From a virus (taxonomy: Duplodnaviria > Caudoviricetes), in the IMG/VR virus record IMGVR_UViG_3300014153_000001, positions 1 through 55,532 of that record: 55,532 nt of DNA; one strand, written 5' to 3'. Shown piece after piece: positions 45,595 through 54,253 of the stretch (position 1 is its first letter; each line of letters starts with the position of its first letter). The translations under genes and the position numbers were made by a program. A model generated the notes under the pieces. The model had not been told where the DNA came from. It worked only from the letters and a program-made list of their open reading frames with translations, and ran no database searches.

Positions 45595-48500
45595 TGGGCC
45601 TGCCGCGTGGCGATCGCTGGCACTCGGGCGTCCCGACTGATCACTTCCCGAAGTGGAGACATGGGTTCCGTGATCCGCAACTGAAGAAGATGGCCGCGGT
45701 CGCCAGATCACTCGGGGCCATGATGGCCACCGCCCGTTGGATCGGTGCGACTGGTCAGACGGCCAGCGCCAACGGGACCAATCTCGCGTCTCTGTCAGTC
45801 GATTCGCAAGCGATCGGCGATTGCATCGTCCTGTCCGTCGAGATAGCCGCGAGCGGTCACTCCGTCGCTAATGTCTCGGGGGGCGGTTGCACGTGGTCGC
45901 TGATCCGTGCATACGAGTCTTCGACGGCGGCGCAGCACGTTGAGTTGTGGCTCGGGGCTGTCGTCGCAGCCGGGTCGTCGACGATCACCATCTCTTACAG
46001 TTCCGCGCCTGGTGTGTCCTGTGAGCTGAACGCGCTTGAGCTCACGATTGGCGCAGCTGCTAGCTGGTCTGTCGATGTGTCGGCGGCTCAATACAACACG
46101 TCTGCTTCAGCTGTTGCGTTCCCGTCACTCAAGCCGAGCGGAACGGGTGAGCTGTACGTCGGCTATGCCTGGGGTGCAGAAGGCTCATCTGGTGGCATGT
46201 CGACCGGACTCGACGCCGCTTACGCCACGACATCCGGTGGCAATCTGCTCGCCTGGTACGGCAACACATCGAGCGCTTTGGGTCCCGCCGGTTCGCAGTC
46301 CCCCAACGGTGTGTCGCTCTCGATAGCAGCTCTCCTTACTGCTGCTCCAGCCGCTCAAGTTCCAGGCTTGGTAGTAGGCGTCTCGCCTGGGAATCTCTCA
46401 TCCTTGTCAGGCGGGCAACTCGCGACATGGATGAGTGGCATGAAAGCGGCAGGCGCGACGTGGGTGCGACTCGGGGCCGATTGGGACACCAGCGAAGCTA
46501 CACAGGGCAGCTATTCGTGGACTGCTAGCGACCTCATCATTGAAGCGGCGCTGAACGCCGATCTCTCGGTTCTATTCCTCGTTGGTGGCTCAGGTGACAT
46601 ACCCTCTTGGGCTACATCTCCGTGGGTCAATCTCAGCACGTTCGTATCACAGTATGCGGCATTCGCTGCGGCTTGCGCTGCGCACTACTCGGCGTCTCCG
46701 TTCTACGTCCACGCTTATGAGATTTACAACGAACCGAACTTAGGAACTAACTGGGACGGGATAGCGTCGGGTACTCAATACGGTGCACTGCTCCAATCGG
46801 CTTACACTGCCGTCAAAGCTGCAGACCCGGCTTCCTTCGTTATAGGAGGCGTGCTGTCAGCCGCGGGGGACGCTGCACGCACAGCCGTGGCATCCGGCTC
46901 AAACGGAGCCAATGTCAGCGCCATCACGACGCTGTACGTAGCTTCGACTTCTGACTTTTCTACACCTACTGGCACGATCGAGGTAGTCACCTCGACGGGC
47001 ACCGCGGAGTTCAACTACACGGGCGTGACGAGCACGAGCTTCACCGGCTGCACGCTCAACTCGGGGACCGGTACGGTCGCCACGAACAACGTGGTAGCGC
47101 AGGGCGGCAGCGCTGACGGTGACGTAGCTCCGCATACGTTCTTGTCGCAGATGTATTGCAACGTCTCAGCGGTCGGCGGGCTCGTCGTCGCGTCTGCTAC
47201 GGGGTCGGTGCCCGCGCTCACGGTCTCGCCCGTAGCGCTCAACGATCTCATCGTGCTCACGATCGGCATCAGCGCGTCGTACACCGTGTCGAGTGTCTCC
47301 GGCGGCGGGGTCGACACTTGGAGGAAAGTCGGAGCCCTGACAGGGGCGGTGAGCGGCTGGCGCGAAGAGATGTGGATGGGGCCCGCAACAAGCCTCACTG
47401 CTGGCGCTCTCACCATCGCGTTCACGGGCTCACCTTCGCTTTCAGGCGTCGGCGTCGAGCTGTCGTACCAGGAGTTCGCGAGCGGCTACGGCTCGCATGC
47501 CGTGTGGGCTGTGGACAAGGTGGGCTCACAAGAGAACACCGGGTCGACTGCTGTCACTTACCCGTCTCTGTCCCCCGCAGGGACTGCAGAGCTGTGTATC
47601 GCTTACGCGTTCACAGCAACTGCCGGAGATACCGGCCCGACTCCCGGCTTCGTTTGGGAATACACCGCCTACGACCGCCTCGTCGCCTTCAACGCGGTGG
47701 TGTCGGCGACGGTGCAACCCGCGTCTTCACAAGACGCTTCCGGTTGGTCAGACGTCGTGATGGCACTCATCACAGCCACGAGCAGCAGCGGTGGCCCAAC
47801 TTCTGCCAAGGGGAGCTTCGACGCGATAAGCGCCCACCCATACTGCTGGCCCTACGACGCGGTCGACTCCTCGACGGCACAGTGGAACTTCCTCTACAAC
47901 GTGCCGACGTGGATCTACGACGTCATGGTTGCCAACGGCGACGGAGCGAAGCAGATATGGAACACCGAATGGGGCGACCCTTACGATTCCGGCGACGGCG
48001 AGTCGCAGGTGACGCAAGCTCAGCATCTTGTCGATTCCTTCGACGTGCAACGTTTCCGGCCGTGGGCCGGGCCGTGCTTCTACTACTGCTGGCAAGATCA
48101 GGGCGACAACTTCGGTCTTCTCGACGGCTCCGGCACCGCGAGACTGGCGCTCGCCGCATTCGAAGACATTGCCATACCCGTCCCCGCCGTCATCTCCGTC
48201 AGCCCAAGCTCAGGGTCCGCAGGCGGGGGCACATCGGTCACCATCATCGGCACGAACCTCACTGGCGCGACCGCCGTCCACTTCGGGGCCACCCCGGCCG
48301 TCACTTATAGCGTCAACAGCTCTACCTCGATCACGGCGACGGCGCCGCCGCACGCAGCCGGGGCCGTCGACATCACAGTCACGGCCGCGAACGGTACGAG
48401 CGCTACGAGCTCGGCGGACCTGTTCACGTACACAGCCCCCATCGCGAGCAGATGGCCGTCTTTGTCCTGTCGGGTGGGATTCGCCTCGAATCCGTTCGAT

Positions 48501-50342
48501 CCGTCGATCACCTGGACCGAACTCGGGCCCGCCTCGGGCGCTGGCCCGGGGGGTAAAGGTTGGCTGCGCAGTGTCGCGACGAAGCGCGGCCGTGAACGCC
48601 TGCTCCGCTCGCAGTCTCAGTTCCAGGCCGGGACGATGGTCGCCGCTCTAGACAACCGAGCCCGTCAGTTCGATCCCGAGAACACGAGTTCCCCTTATTG
48701 GCCGAACGTCCAGCCCGAGAAGATCGTCCAGATCGGAGCGACGTGGGCGGGAGTCTTCTACCCGGTCTGGACCGGCTACATCGACGACTGGCCGCAGAGT
48801 TGGCCTGGGTTCTCCGAGGGTGAGGTCGCGCTGCCAGCCACCGATCTCTTCAAACATCTCTCGATCATGCGCATGCTGTCATCCGGCTACGTCCAGCAAT
48901 TGCTCAGTCTCGGTCCGACCGCCTACTACCGGCTGGGCGATCCTGTCGGGTCGACCGTCGCCGCCGATTCGTCGGGCAACAACCGCTACGCCTCGATCGC
49001 TGGGGGCGTCACCTTCGGCGTGACGCCCGGCGCCATGCCCGCCGACCCCGGTACCGCCGCGACCTTCGCTGCAGCTACAAGCGACGTTGCTGCCGGTCAA
49101 CTCTGGCTCCCCGACGTGGGTTTCGAATCTGGCATTCAGAGCGGAGCGACGGTCATCTGCTGGTTCAATGGCACCGGCATAGAACTCGGCATCATCATCG
49201 ACCAGGACGGTTTCTTCCGGCTGATGACCACAGCCCCCGGCAAGGTCATCTTCGCCGTGGGCAGCGACACGGTAGATGGTGCCACCACGATGACCGACGG
49301 CAATTGGCACATGATCGTCGCGACATGCGGCCTCGACTCCGGTGGCATGCAGCTCTACATCGACGGCAATCTCGACGGCTCGAGCGCTTTGCAGCCGGGG
49401 AGTTGGCCGACACCCTGGACCGGCATCGTGGTGGGCAACAGCGCCGATACCCAGACGCTGCAGGAGCTCGCCTTCTTCCAGCAGCAACTGACCGCCGCTC
49501 AGGTCGCAGCTCTCTGGCGAGTTGCCGCCTTCCCGGCTCAGTACACGGGGCAAATGGCCAAGCAACTTGTGGACGTGCTCGGGCTGCCCACCTCGCTCCA
49601 GTCGAGGATCGACACCGGGCGCACGTGGTGCCAAGCGGACACCGAAGACGAGACTCAGACCAAGGTTCTCGACCAGCTCCAGAAGCTTGAGCAGACCGAG
49701 CAGGGGCAGTGCTTCGTGGACCCGGCCGGCAATCTCGTCTTCCAGGATCGCTATCACCGCTACGAGTACCCGAACCTCACGCCAGCGGCGACGTTCGGTG
49801 ATGGCGGCTCGGCCCATCCCTCAGAGCTCCCCTACGTCATGGGTGGGGTGAAGACGAGCTTCGACCGCGTCGAGCTCTACAACGACATTCCGGTCACGCG
49901 TCGCGGTGGCGTGTTGCAGGAGGCCTTCAACGCAGCGTCGATCGAGGTCTACACGAACCGCACGATGACGGGGCTCTCCGATCTCATGATGGCGGCCGAC
50001 GCCGATGCTCTGTATTGCGCCCAGTGGATTCTCGCCGACACCGCCTACCCGCAACTACGCGTCGAGGATCTCGTCCTCGACCCGGTCGGCAGCCCGGCAC
50101 TGTGGCCTTACGTGCTCGGTTTGGACATCGGCGCGGTCATCACCGTGAACAAGCACAACATCCCCGGCGGCGGGCCGGCGCTGAGCGTGATCTGTCGCAT
50201 CGAGGGTGTCGAACACCAGATCGATCCGCCTCGATCGTGGCGCACCACTTGGCATCTCTCGCTCGTGGGCACGCTCCCGTGGTTCATCCTCGGCGACCCG
50301 GTGGCGGGGCTGCTTGACCACGGGAATAGATGGGCGTGGTAG
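45594..50342 (+). CDS. multidomain tail-tip protein: beta-sandwich + split GH-A hydrolase + IPT/TIG + hub with LamG insert
   Basis: YEIYNEPN, SAHPY, WNTEWG; VSPSSGS.AGGTSVTIIGTNL; RGR...LDN...FDP; DGNWH...LYIDG. Confidence 0.85.
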   Translation: MGLPRGDRWHSGVPTDHFPKWRHGFRDPQLKKMAAVARSLGAMMATARWIGATGQTASANGTNLASLSVDSQAIGDCIVLSVEIAASGHSVANVSGGGCTWSLIRAYESSTAAQHVELWLGAVVAAGSSTITISYSSAPGVSCELNALELTIGAAASWSVDVSAAQYNTSASAVAFPSLKPSGTGELYVGYAWGAEGSSGGMSTGLDAAYATTSGGNLLAWYGNTSSALGPAGSQSPNGVSLSIAALLTAAPAAQVPGLVVGVSPGNLSSLSGGQLATWMSGMKAAGATWVRLGADWDTSEATQGSYSWTASDLIIEAALNADLSVLFLVGGSGDIPSWATSPWVNLSTFVSQYAAFAAACAAHYSASPFYVHAYEIYNEPNLGTNWDGIASGTQYGALLQSAYTAVKAADPASFVIGGVLSAAGDAARTAVASGSNGANVSAITTLYVASTSDFSTPTGTIEVVTSTGTAEFNYTGVTSTSFTGCTLNSGTGTVATNNVVAQGGSADGDVAPHTFLSQMYCNVSAVGGLVVASATGSVPALTVSPVALNDLIVLTIGISASYTVSSVSGGGVDTWRKVGALTGAVSGWREEMWMGPATSLTAGALTIAFTGSPSLSGVGVELSYQEFASGYGSHAVWAVDKVGSQENTGSTAVTYPSLSPAGTAELCIAYAFTATAGDTGPTPGFVWEYTAYDRLVAFNAVVSATVQPASSQDASGWSDVVMALITATSSSGGPTSAKGSFDAISAHPYCWPYDAVDSSTAQWNFLYNVPTWIYDVMVANGDGAKQIWNTEWGDPYDSGDGESQVTQAQHLVDSFDVQRFRPWAGPCFYYCWQDQGDNFGLLDGSGTARLALAAFEDIAIPVPAVISVSPSSGSAGGGTSVTIIGTNLTGATAVHFGATPAVTYSVNSSTSITATAPPHAAGAVDITVTAANGTSATSSADLFTYTAPIASRWPSLSCRVGFASNPFDPSITWTELGPASGAGPGGKGWLRSVATKRGRERLLRSQSQFQAGTMVAALDNRARQFDPENTSSPYWPNVQPEKIVQIGATWAGVFYPVWTGYIDDWPQSWPGFSEGEVALPATDLFKHLSIMRMLSSGYVQQLLSLGPTAYYRLGDPVGSTVAADSSGNNRYASIAGGVTFGVTPGAMPADPGTAATFAAATSDVAAGQLWLPDVGFESGIQSGATVICWFNGTGIELGIIIDQDGFFRLMTTAPGKVIFAVGSDTVDGATTMTDGNWHMIVATCGLDSGGMQLYIDGNLDGSSALQPGSWPTPWTGIVVGNSADTQTLQELAFFQQQLTAAQVAALWRVAAFPAQYTGQMAKQLVDVLGLPTSLQSRIDTGRTWCQADTEDETQTKVLDQLQKLEQTEQGQCFVDPAGNLVFQDRYHRYEYPNLTPAATFGDGGSAHPSELPYVMGGVKTSFDRVELYNDIPVTRRGGVLQEAFNAASIEVYTNRTMTGLSDLMMAADADALYCAQWILADTAYPQLRVEDLVLDPVGSPALWPYVLGLDIGAVITVNKHNIPGGGPALSVICRIEGVEHQIDPPRSWRTTWHLSLVGTLPWFILGDPVAGLLDHGNRWAW

Positions 50343-50353
50343 CTCGATGAGGC

Positions 50354-50381
50354 TCTAGCCCCAGCCGACGATCGAGCTGTG
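50354..50381 (+). promoter_or_regulatory. late motif copy 9
   Basis: TCTAGC-N7-GACGAT-N6-GTG. Confidence 0.75.
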
Positions 50382-50852
50382 ACGCTGCCGACTCCGAGTG
50401 CCCACTTCGTCACGGCCGAGGACGTCTATCACGCTCACCCTCAACACCCCGAGCACACCCCGGCAGAGGCGGCGGTCTTCCGACACTGGCGTCATCATGC
50501 CGGCGTCCCGGGCCCGCAGCGTCTGCAGATGCGAGGCCCTTGGCCGAACGAACTGGCCGCTTCCCCGGTTGCCAAGACCTACGTGAACCATGGGCGTTGG
50601 TGCGTCGATTGTCCCTTCGAGGGCTGCAGTTCGGCCCAGTACGCATCGAAGACCGATCACCGGTTCTTCTGCATCGAGTGCTCGAACGCCGGCACCGGAA
50701 AGTGGGTACCTGTCGCCTGGCCCGAGGATCTCGAGCTGGCCGCCATCGAGGCGGCACTCGCTCTGCGGCCTGTGCTTTCCGTGCGCAACTGGCACCCGGG
50801 TGAAGCTGTGGCCGATCTCGAGGCACAGAACAAGATCCACGGTGTGAACTGA
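50379..50852 (+). CDS. Cys-motif tail-region protein
   Basis: YVNHGRW.VDCP...C.SA...F.C.EC...RP....RNW.PGE. Confidence 0.7.
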   Translation: MTLPTPSAHFVTAEDVYHAHPQHPEHTPAEAAVFRHWRHHAGVPGPQRLQMRGPWPNELAASPVAKTYVNHGRWCVDCPFEGCSSAQYASKTDHRFFCIECSNAGTGKWVPVAWPEDLELAAIEAALALRPVLSVRNWHPGEAVADLEAQNKIHGVN

Positions 50853-51268
50853 TGTCCTGGACGGTCCCGAAGACGTGGAACGTAGGCGACATCGGCACTG
50901 CTGCCGATCTCAATGCCTACGTCCGGGACAACTCGAACTTTCTCTACGGGACTCCTTGGCAGAATCCGAGCGCCTACGAGAACGGCTGGACGGCGTACTC
51001 GGGACAACCGCCGCAGTATCGTTTGTCGGGCACCGACCTTCAGCTGAGCGGTCTGCTGGTGCCCGGGACCTTCGGGGCGGTCGCCTTCGTGCTCCCCACC
51101 GGTTTCATACCCAGTGCCCCCTGCCAGCTTCTCGTCTGTACAGACGCTGGGGGGAACGGGATCGGTCGACTCATCTTCGGCACCGACGGCAGCGTCGTCC
51201 CCTGGTCGGGGGGTGGAGGCACCGCGTGGTTCGCGCTCAACGGCGTGAGGGTGCCGGCACTCATCTGA
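50852..51268 (+). CDS. minor tail/fibre protein
   Basis: WTVPKTW..G...TAADLN..VRDN; F.LP.GF.P. Confidence 0.7.
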   Translation: MSWTVPKTWNVGDIGTAADLNAYVRDNSNFLYGTPWQNPSAYENGWTAYSGQPPQYRLSGTDLQLSGLLVPGTFGAVAFVLPTGFIPSAPCQLLVCTDAGGNGIGRLIFGTDGSVVPWSGGGGTAWFALNGVRVPALI

Positions 51269-51273
51269 CCTGC

Positions 51274-51374
51274 TCTAGCGGGCACGCACGCTGGCCTCGA
51301 TGTTCAGCTCCTGCATCGCCGCCACATTCGCCACGAATACCTGCCGATATTATCGGCGCGGGGCCAAGCGATGA
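51274..51374 (+). promoter_or_regulatory. late motif copy 10 with 24-codon leader ORF
   Basis: TCTAGC-N7-CACGCT-N7-ATG(51300) MFSSCIAATFATNTCRYYRRGAKR*, ATGA overlap with lysin. Confidence 0.7.
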
Positions 51375-52207
51375 CGCTGATGTACGACAGCGTCACGGGC
51401 GCCGCGATCCCGCTCGACGCCCAGATCGTTGCCGGCTATGTCGACGGTCCCTATGGGCCCAACGACCGGTACCACACTGGTTGGTCCGCCGACGCCTGGG
51501 CGCGCTACCCGCACGCGCAGCACGTCACGATCACGGTGGAGGGTACGCCGGGAGCGCGGGTCGCGGACTGCGAAGCCGGTGCCATGACTCCCGCTCAGGC
51601 GGCGTCATGGGCGCTGGGCGAGGTCCGCGCTGGCCGCCGCCCCACCATCTACGCGTCGGAGTGGGACTGGGCGAACGAGGTCGATCCATCGCTTGCCCGA
51701 GTCGGGCTTAAGCGTGTGCGCGACGTAGACGGGTGGCAAGCGCACATCGGGCCTGCAAAGGTGCCTCCTGGCTTCGTGGCGTGCCAGTACGCGCAAGACG
51801 TCCCCGGTGTCGGTGGCCACAACATCGACCTGTCCGTCACCGACGGCGTGTGGCCGGGGAACGCGCCGGCCCCTGCACCACGCCCCGTCCCGCTGCCCGA
51901 GACCGTCTACTTATCCGATCTAGCCGTGGAGGTCCCCATGTCCGTGTTCAAGTCCGACTCTGATGCAACCGCCTACATGGTCCGGCGGTGGTATTGGGAC
52001 CGCCTCGGTCGCGGACCCGAATCAGTCCAGGCGCTCGACTACTGGGTGTGGGGATGCGCGGTGAACGGCGTAGATGCCACGTTCGCGGCATTCATGGCAA
52101 CCTCTGAGGCCGAGGTCGACGCCCAGAGACTTGAAGAAGCGATCGACGCTGGTGTCAAGGCAAACACGGCGAGCGCATCGACAGAGGCACAGGCGCCCAC
52201 GCCATGA
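51371..52207 (+). CDS. endolysin, GH25-like muramidase with C-terminal cell-binding domain
   Basis: MYDS...AGYVDG...DCEAG...PTIY.S...QY...DLS; Pro linker; LGRGPE...YW. Confidence 0.75.
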   Translation: MTLMYDSVTGAAIPLDAQIVAGYVDGPYGPNDRYHTGWSADAWARYPHAQHVTITVEGTPGARVADCEAGAMTPAQAASWALGEVRAGRRPTIYASEWDWANEVDPSLARVGLKRVRDVDGWQAHIGPAKVPPGFVACQYAQDVPGVGGHNIDLSVTDGVWPGNAPAPAPRPVPLPETVYLSDLAVEVPMSVFKSDSDATAYMVRRWYWDRLGRGPESVQALDYWVWGCAVNGVDATFAAFMATSEAEVDAQRLEEAIDAGVKANTASASTEAQAPTP

Positions 52208-52605
52208 CCGGGAACGTCGAGATGATCTGCTCCTGCGTCATAGCGTTCGTTGTCCTCGTAGGTGGGGTGGCGGGAACCGTGCGCTGGGCTCACAACCATG
52301 CTCTTGCGAACGTGTCGAATGTAGTGTCCGACATCCGTAGAGAGGTCGCCGACATTCGCAAGGAACTCCACCCCAACAACGGCCAGTCGCTAGCCGACTC
52401 GATCCACCGCAACGAGGATCTCACGAAGTCGACCTCCGAGGCTGTCGAGGCATTGACCGAACGTTTCAACGCTCATCTGGACTACCACATGGAGCGCGGG
52501 CCCGAAGGACCTCGTGGCCCGCGTGGGCGGGCTGGGCCGCAAGGGAAGCCAGCAGCTGGGGTCAAGGCGAGAGCATCGAAGAGGGCAGCGAAGCCGCAGG
52601 GTTGA
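52204..52605 (+). CDS. lysis-region membrane protein with short collagen tail
   Basis: 1 TM; ELHPNNGQSLADSI; GPEGPRGPRGRAGPQG. Confidence 0.7.
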   Translation: MTGNVEMICSCVIAFVVLVGGVAGTVRWAHNHALANVSNVVSDIRREVADIRKELHPNNGQSLADSIHRNEDLTKSTSEAVEALTERFNAHLDYHMERGPEGPRGPRGRAGPQGKPAAGVKARASKRAAKPQG

Positions 52606-52919
52606 CGATGCGTAACGCCCTCAACAGATTCGCCGAGCCGCGTGTCCAGATTTGGATATGGGGCATCTGGACGGTCGTCTGGGTCGTGCTCATGCCCATC
52701 ACCCTGGTGACGACGCTCAAAGTGTCGCTCGAGTGGGTGGTGTTCATGTCATTGTTCGCCAATTGCGCCAGTACGGCGACCGCTTGGGTGGCTGCCCTCG
52801 GATACCTCCGCTCTCGGGCCGTTCACGAAGCAACTCTGGACGCACGACTGGACTCTCTGGGCGACTCCCACGCCGATCTGCACGCGAAACTCGACGTGAT
52901 AATGGAGCAGACACAATGA
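52602..52919 (+). CDS. membrane protein (holin candidate)
   Basis: 2-3 TM helices; coupled. Confidence 0.6.
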   Translation: MTMRNALNRFAEPRVQIWIWGIWTVVWVVLMPITLVTTLKVSLEWVVFMSLFANCASTATAWVAALGYLRSRAVHEATLDARLDSLGDSHADLHAKLDVIMEQTQ

Positions 52920-53284
52920 CAACGCTGCACGCGATCGGCAACTGGCTCTACTGGTTCTTCGGCATCGGAGGCTCGGGCCCGCACTATGGTTTCTGGTCAG
53001 GCACGGGCTCCGACATCGGAGAGGTGACGATCCTTGGTGCCGTCCTTGTCGGGGTCCACCACCTGAACTGCCACGCGAAGGGCTGCTGGCGTCTCAGCAG
53101 GCATCAGGTCGAGGGAACCCCTTACAAGGTCTGTCGAAAGCATCACCCGAGCATCCCGAGCGGGGGCCCGACTCTCGACCAGATACACGCGGCACACGCG
53201 GCACACGTGGCCAAGAGCAAGCCACCCAGTTCGGTGAAGCGAGCGCTCCCGGCAAAGAAGGCAGCGAAAGCCCCGCGCGGTTAG
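52916..53284 (+). CDS. membrane protein with Cys/His motif
   Basis: YGFWSG.GSDIGE...NCHAKGCWRL..H...CRKHHP. Confidence 0.65.
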   Translation: MTTLHAIGNWLYWFFGIGGSGPHYGFWSGTGSDIGEVTILGAVLVGVHHLNCHAKGCWRLSRHQVEGTPYKVCRKHHPSIPSGGPTLDQIHAAHAAHVAKSKPPSSVKRALPAKKAAKAPRG

Positions 53285-53293
53285 CCAGGGCCC

Positions 53294-53752
53294 ATGAATG
53301 CCGAGGAACGATCGACGGCGCTGCTGGGTTCGTTCGACGGGACGGTCTCCATCGTCGGTGTCATCTATGCCCTCTTGATCCACAGGAGTTCCGACGCCGC
53401 CATCGCCATCGCCGGTCTCGGCGGTGGGATCTCGGCGACCGTCTCGATGGCGACAGGCATCTTCGAGGCCGCGGAAGGTCGCTGGCATCGAAGACTGCGC
53501 GACGCCGGCGTCATGGGGGTCGCCGTGTTGCTCGGCAGTCTCGTCCCCATCTGGCCCTGGTTCCCTTGGTTCGGGTTCTCCCGCACGCTCGCTCTCGTCA
53601 TCGGTGCCGGCGGTTGCCTGCTCGTGGCGACGTGGATCGGACACGAGAAGGGCAACGGTGCCGCGGACTACGTCGGGGCGTTCGCCGCCCTGTTCGGTGC
53701 CATCGGTCTCACGCTGCTCGTCGTGGGGCTGATCCCAGCGTCGGCAATCTGA
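53294..53752 (+). CDS. VIT1/CCC1-like membrane protein (short)
   Basis: LLGSFDG.VS..GV...AGL...SMA.G; about 5 TM. Confidence 0.6.
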   Translation: MNAEERSTALLGSFDGTVSIVGVIYALLIHRSSDAAIAIAGLGGGISATVSMATGIFEAAEGRWHRRLRDAGVMGVAVLLGSLVPIWPWFPWFGFSRTLALVIGAGGCLLVATWIGHEKGNGAADYVGAFAALFGAIGLTLLVVGLIPASAI

Positions 53753-53756
53753 GGCG

Positions 53757-53785
53757 TCTAGCAGGCGAAGAGCATGAGCGCCATG
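53757..53785 (+). promoter_or_regulatory. late motif copy 11
   Basis: TCTAGC-N7-GAGCAT-N7-ATG(53783). Confidence 0.7.
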
Positions 53786-54253
53786 GAAAGCCCCACTCCG
53801 AAAACTGGTTTCGGTTCGACCTCGCTCTTCGTGCACATCGTCGCCTTCGTGACAGGTCTTGTTGGCGCCGGTTCGGCCTTTCTCGTCCACGGCAGCGCGG
53901 TGCAGACCGCCGTTATGGGTGGAGGCGGAGCGCTACTCTCGCTCGGCTCGACCATCGCCAAATTGGCCCATGACAAGGGCCTCCATATCGCCACGATCCA
54001 TGCGGCCGGCTCTGACATCGCCGCCGCACTCCCGAAGCTGCGCCAGGACCTCGCCATCGTGCAGGGCTTCGTCGAGCAGGACTGGCCCGGGTTGGCGAGG
54101 ACGATCAACGACACGAGCGGGAAGGTCCACGAGCTCGAGCAGAAGGTCGAAGCCATCCCCGGTGTTGACGAGCTCGTAGTCGCCGTCACCGCCGCTATCC
54201 GATCGCAGCTCGCTGGCCCTGAGTCAAAAGCAACGGAGGTTCCACATGACTGA
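53783..54253 (+). CDS. holin-like 2-TM protein
   Basis: KTGF.STS.F..IV, two TM helices, coiled C-terminus. Confidence 0.55.
   Translation: MESPTPKTGFGSTSLFVHIVAFVTGLVGAGSAFLVHGSAVQTAVMGGGGALLSLGSTIAKLAHDKGLHIATIHAAGSDIAAALPKLRQDLAIVQGFVEQDWPGLARTINDTSGKVHELEQKVEAIPGVDELVVAVTAAIRSQLAGPESKATEVPHD

Noticed and set aside
27491-51268. Diversity-generating retroelement acting on fibre genes
   Set aside because: No reverse transcriptase and no adenine-variant repeat pair seen
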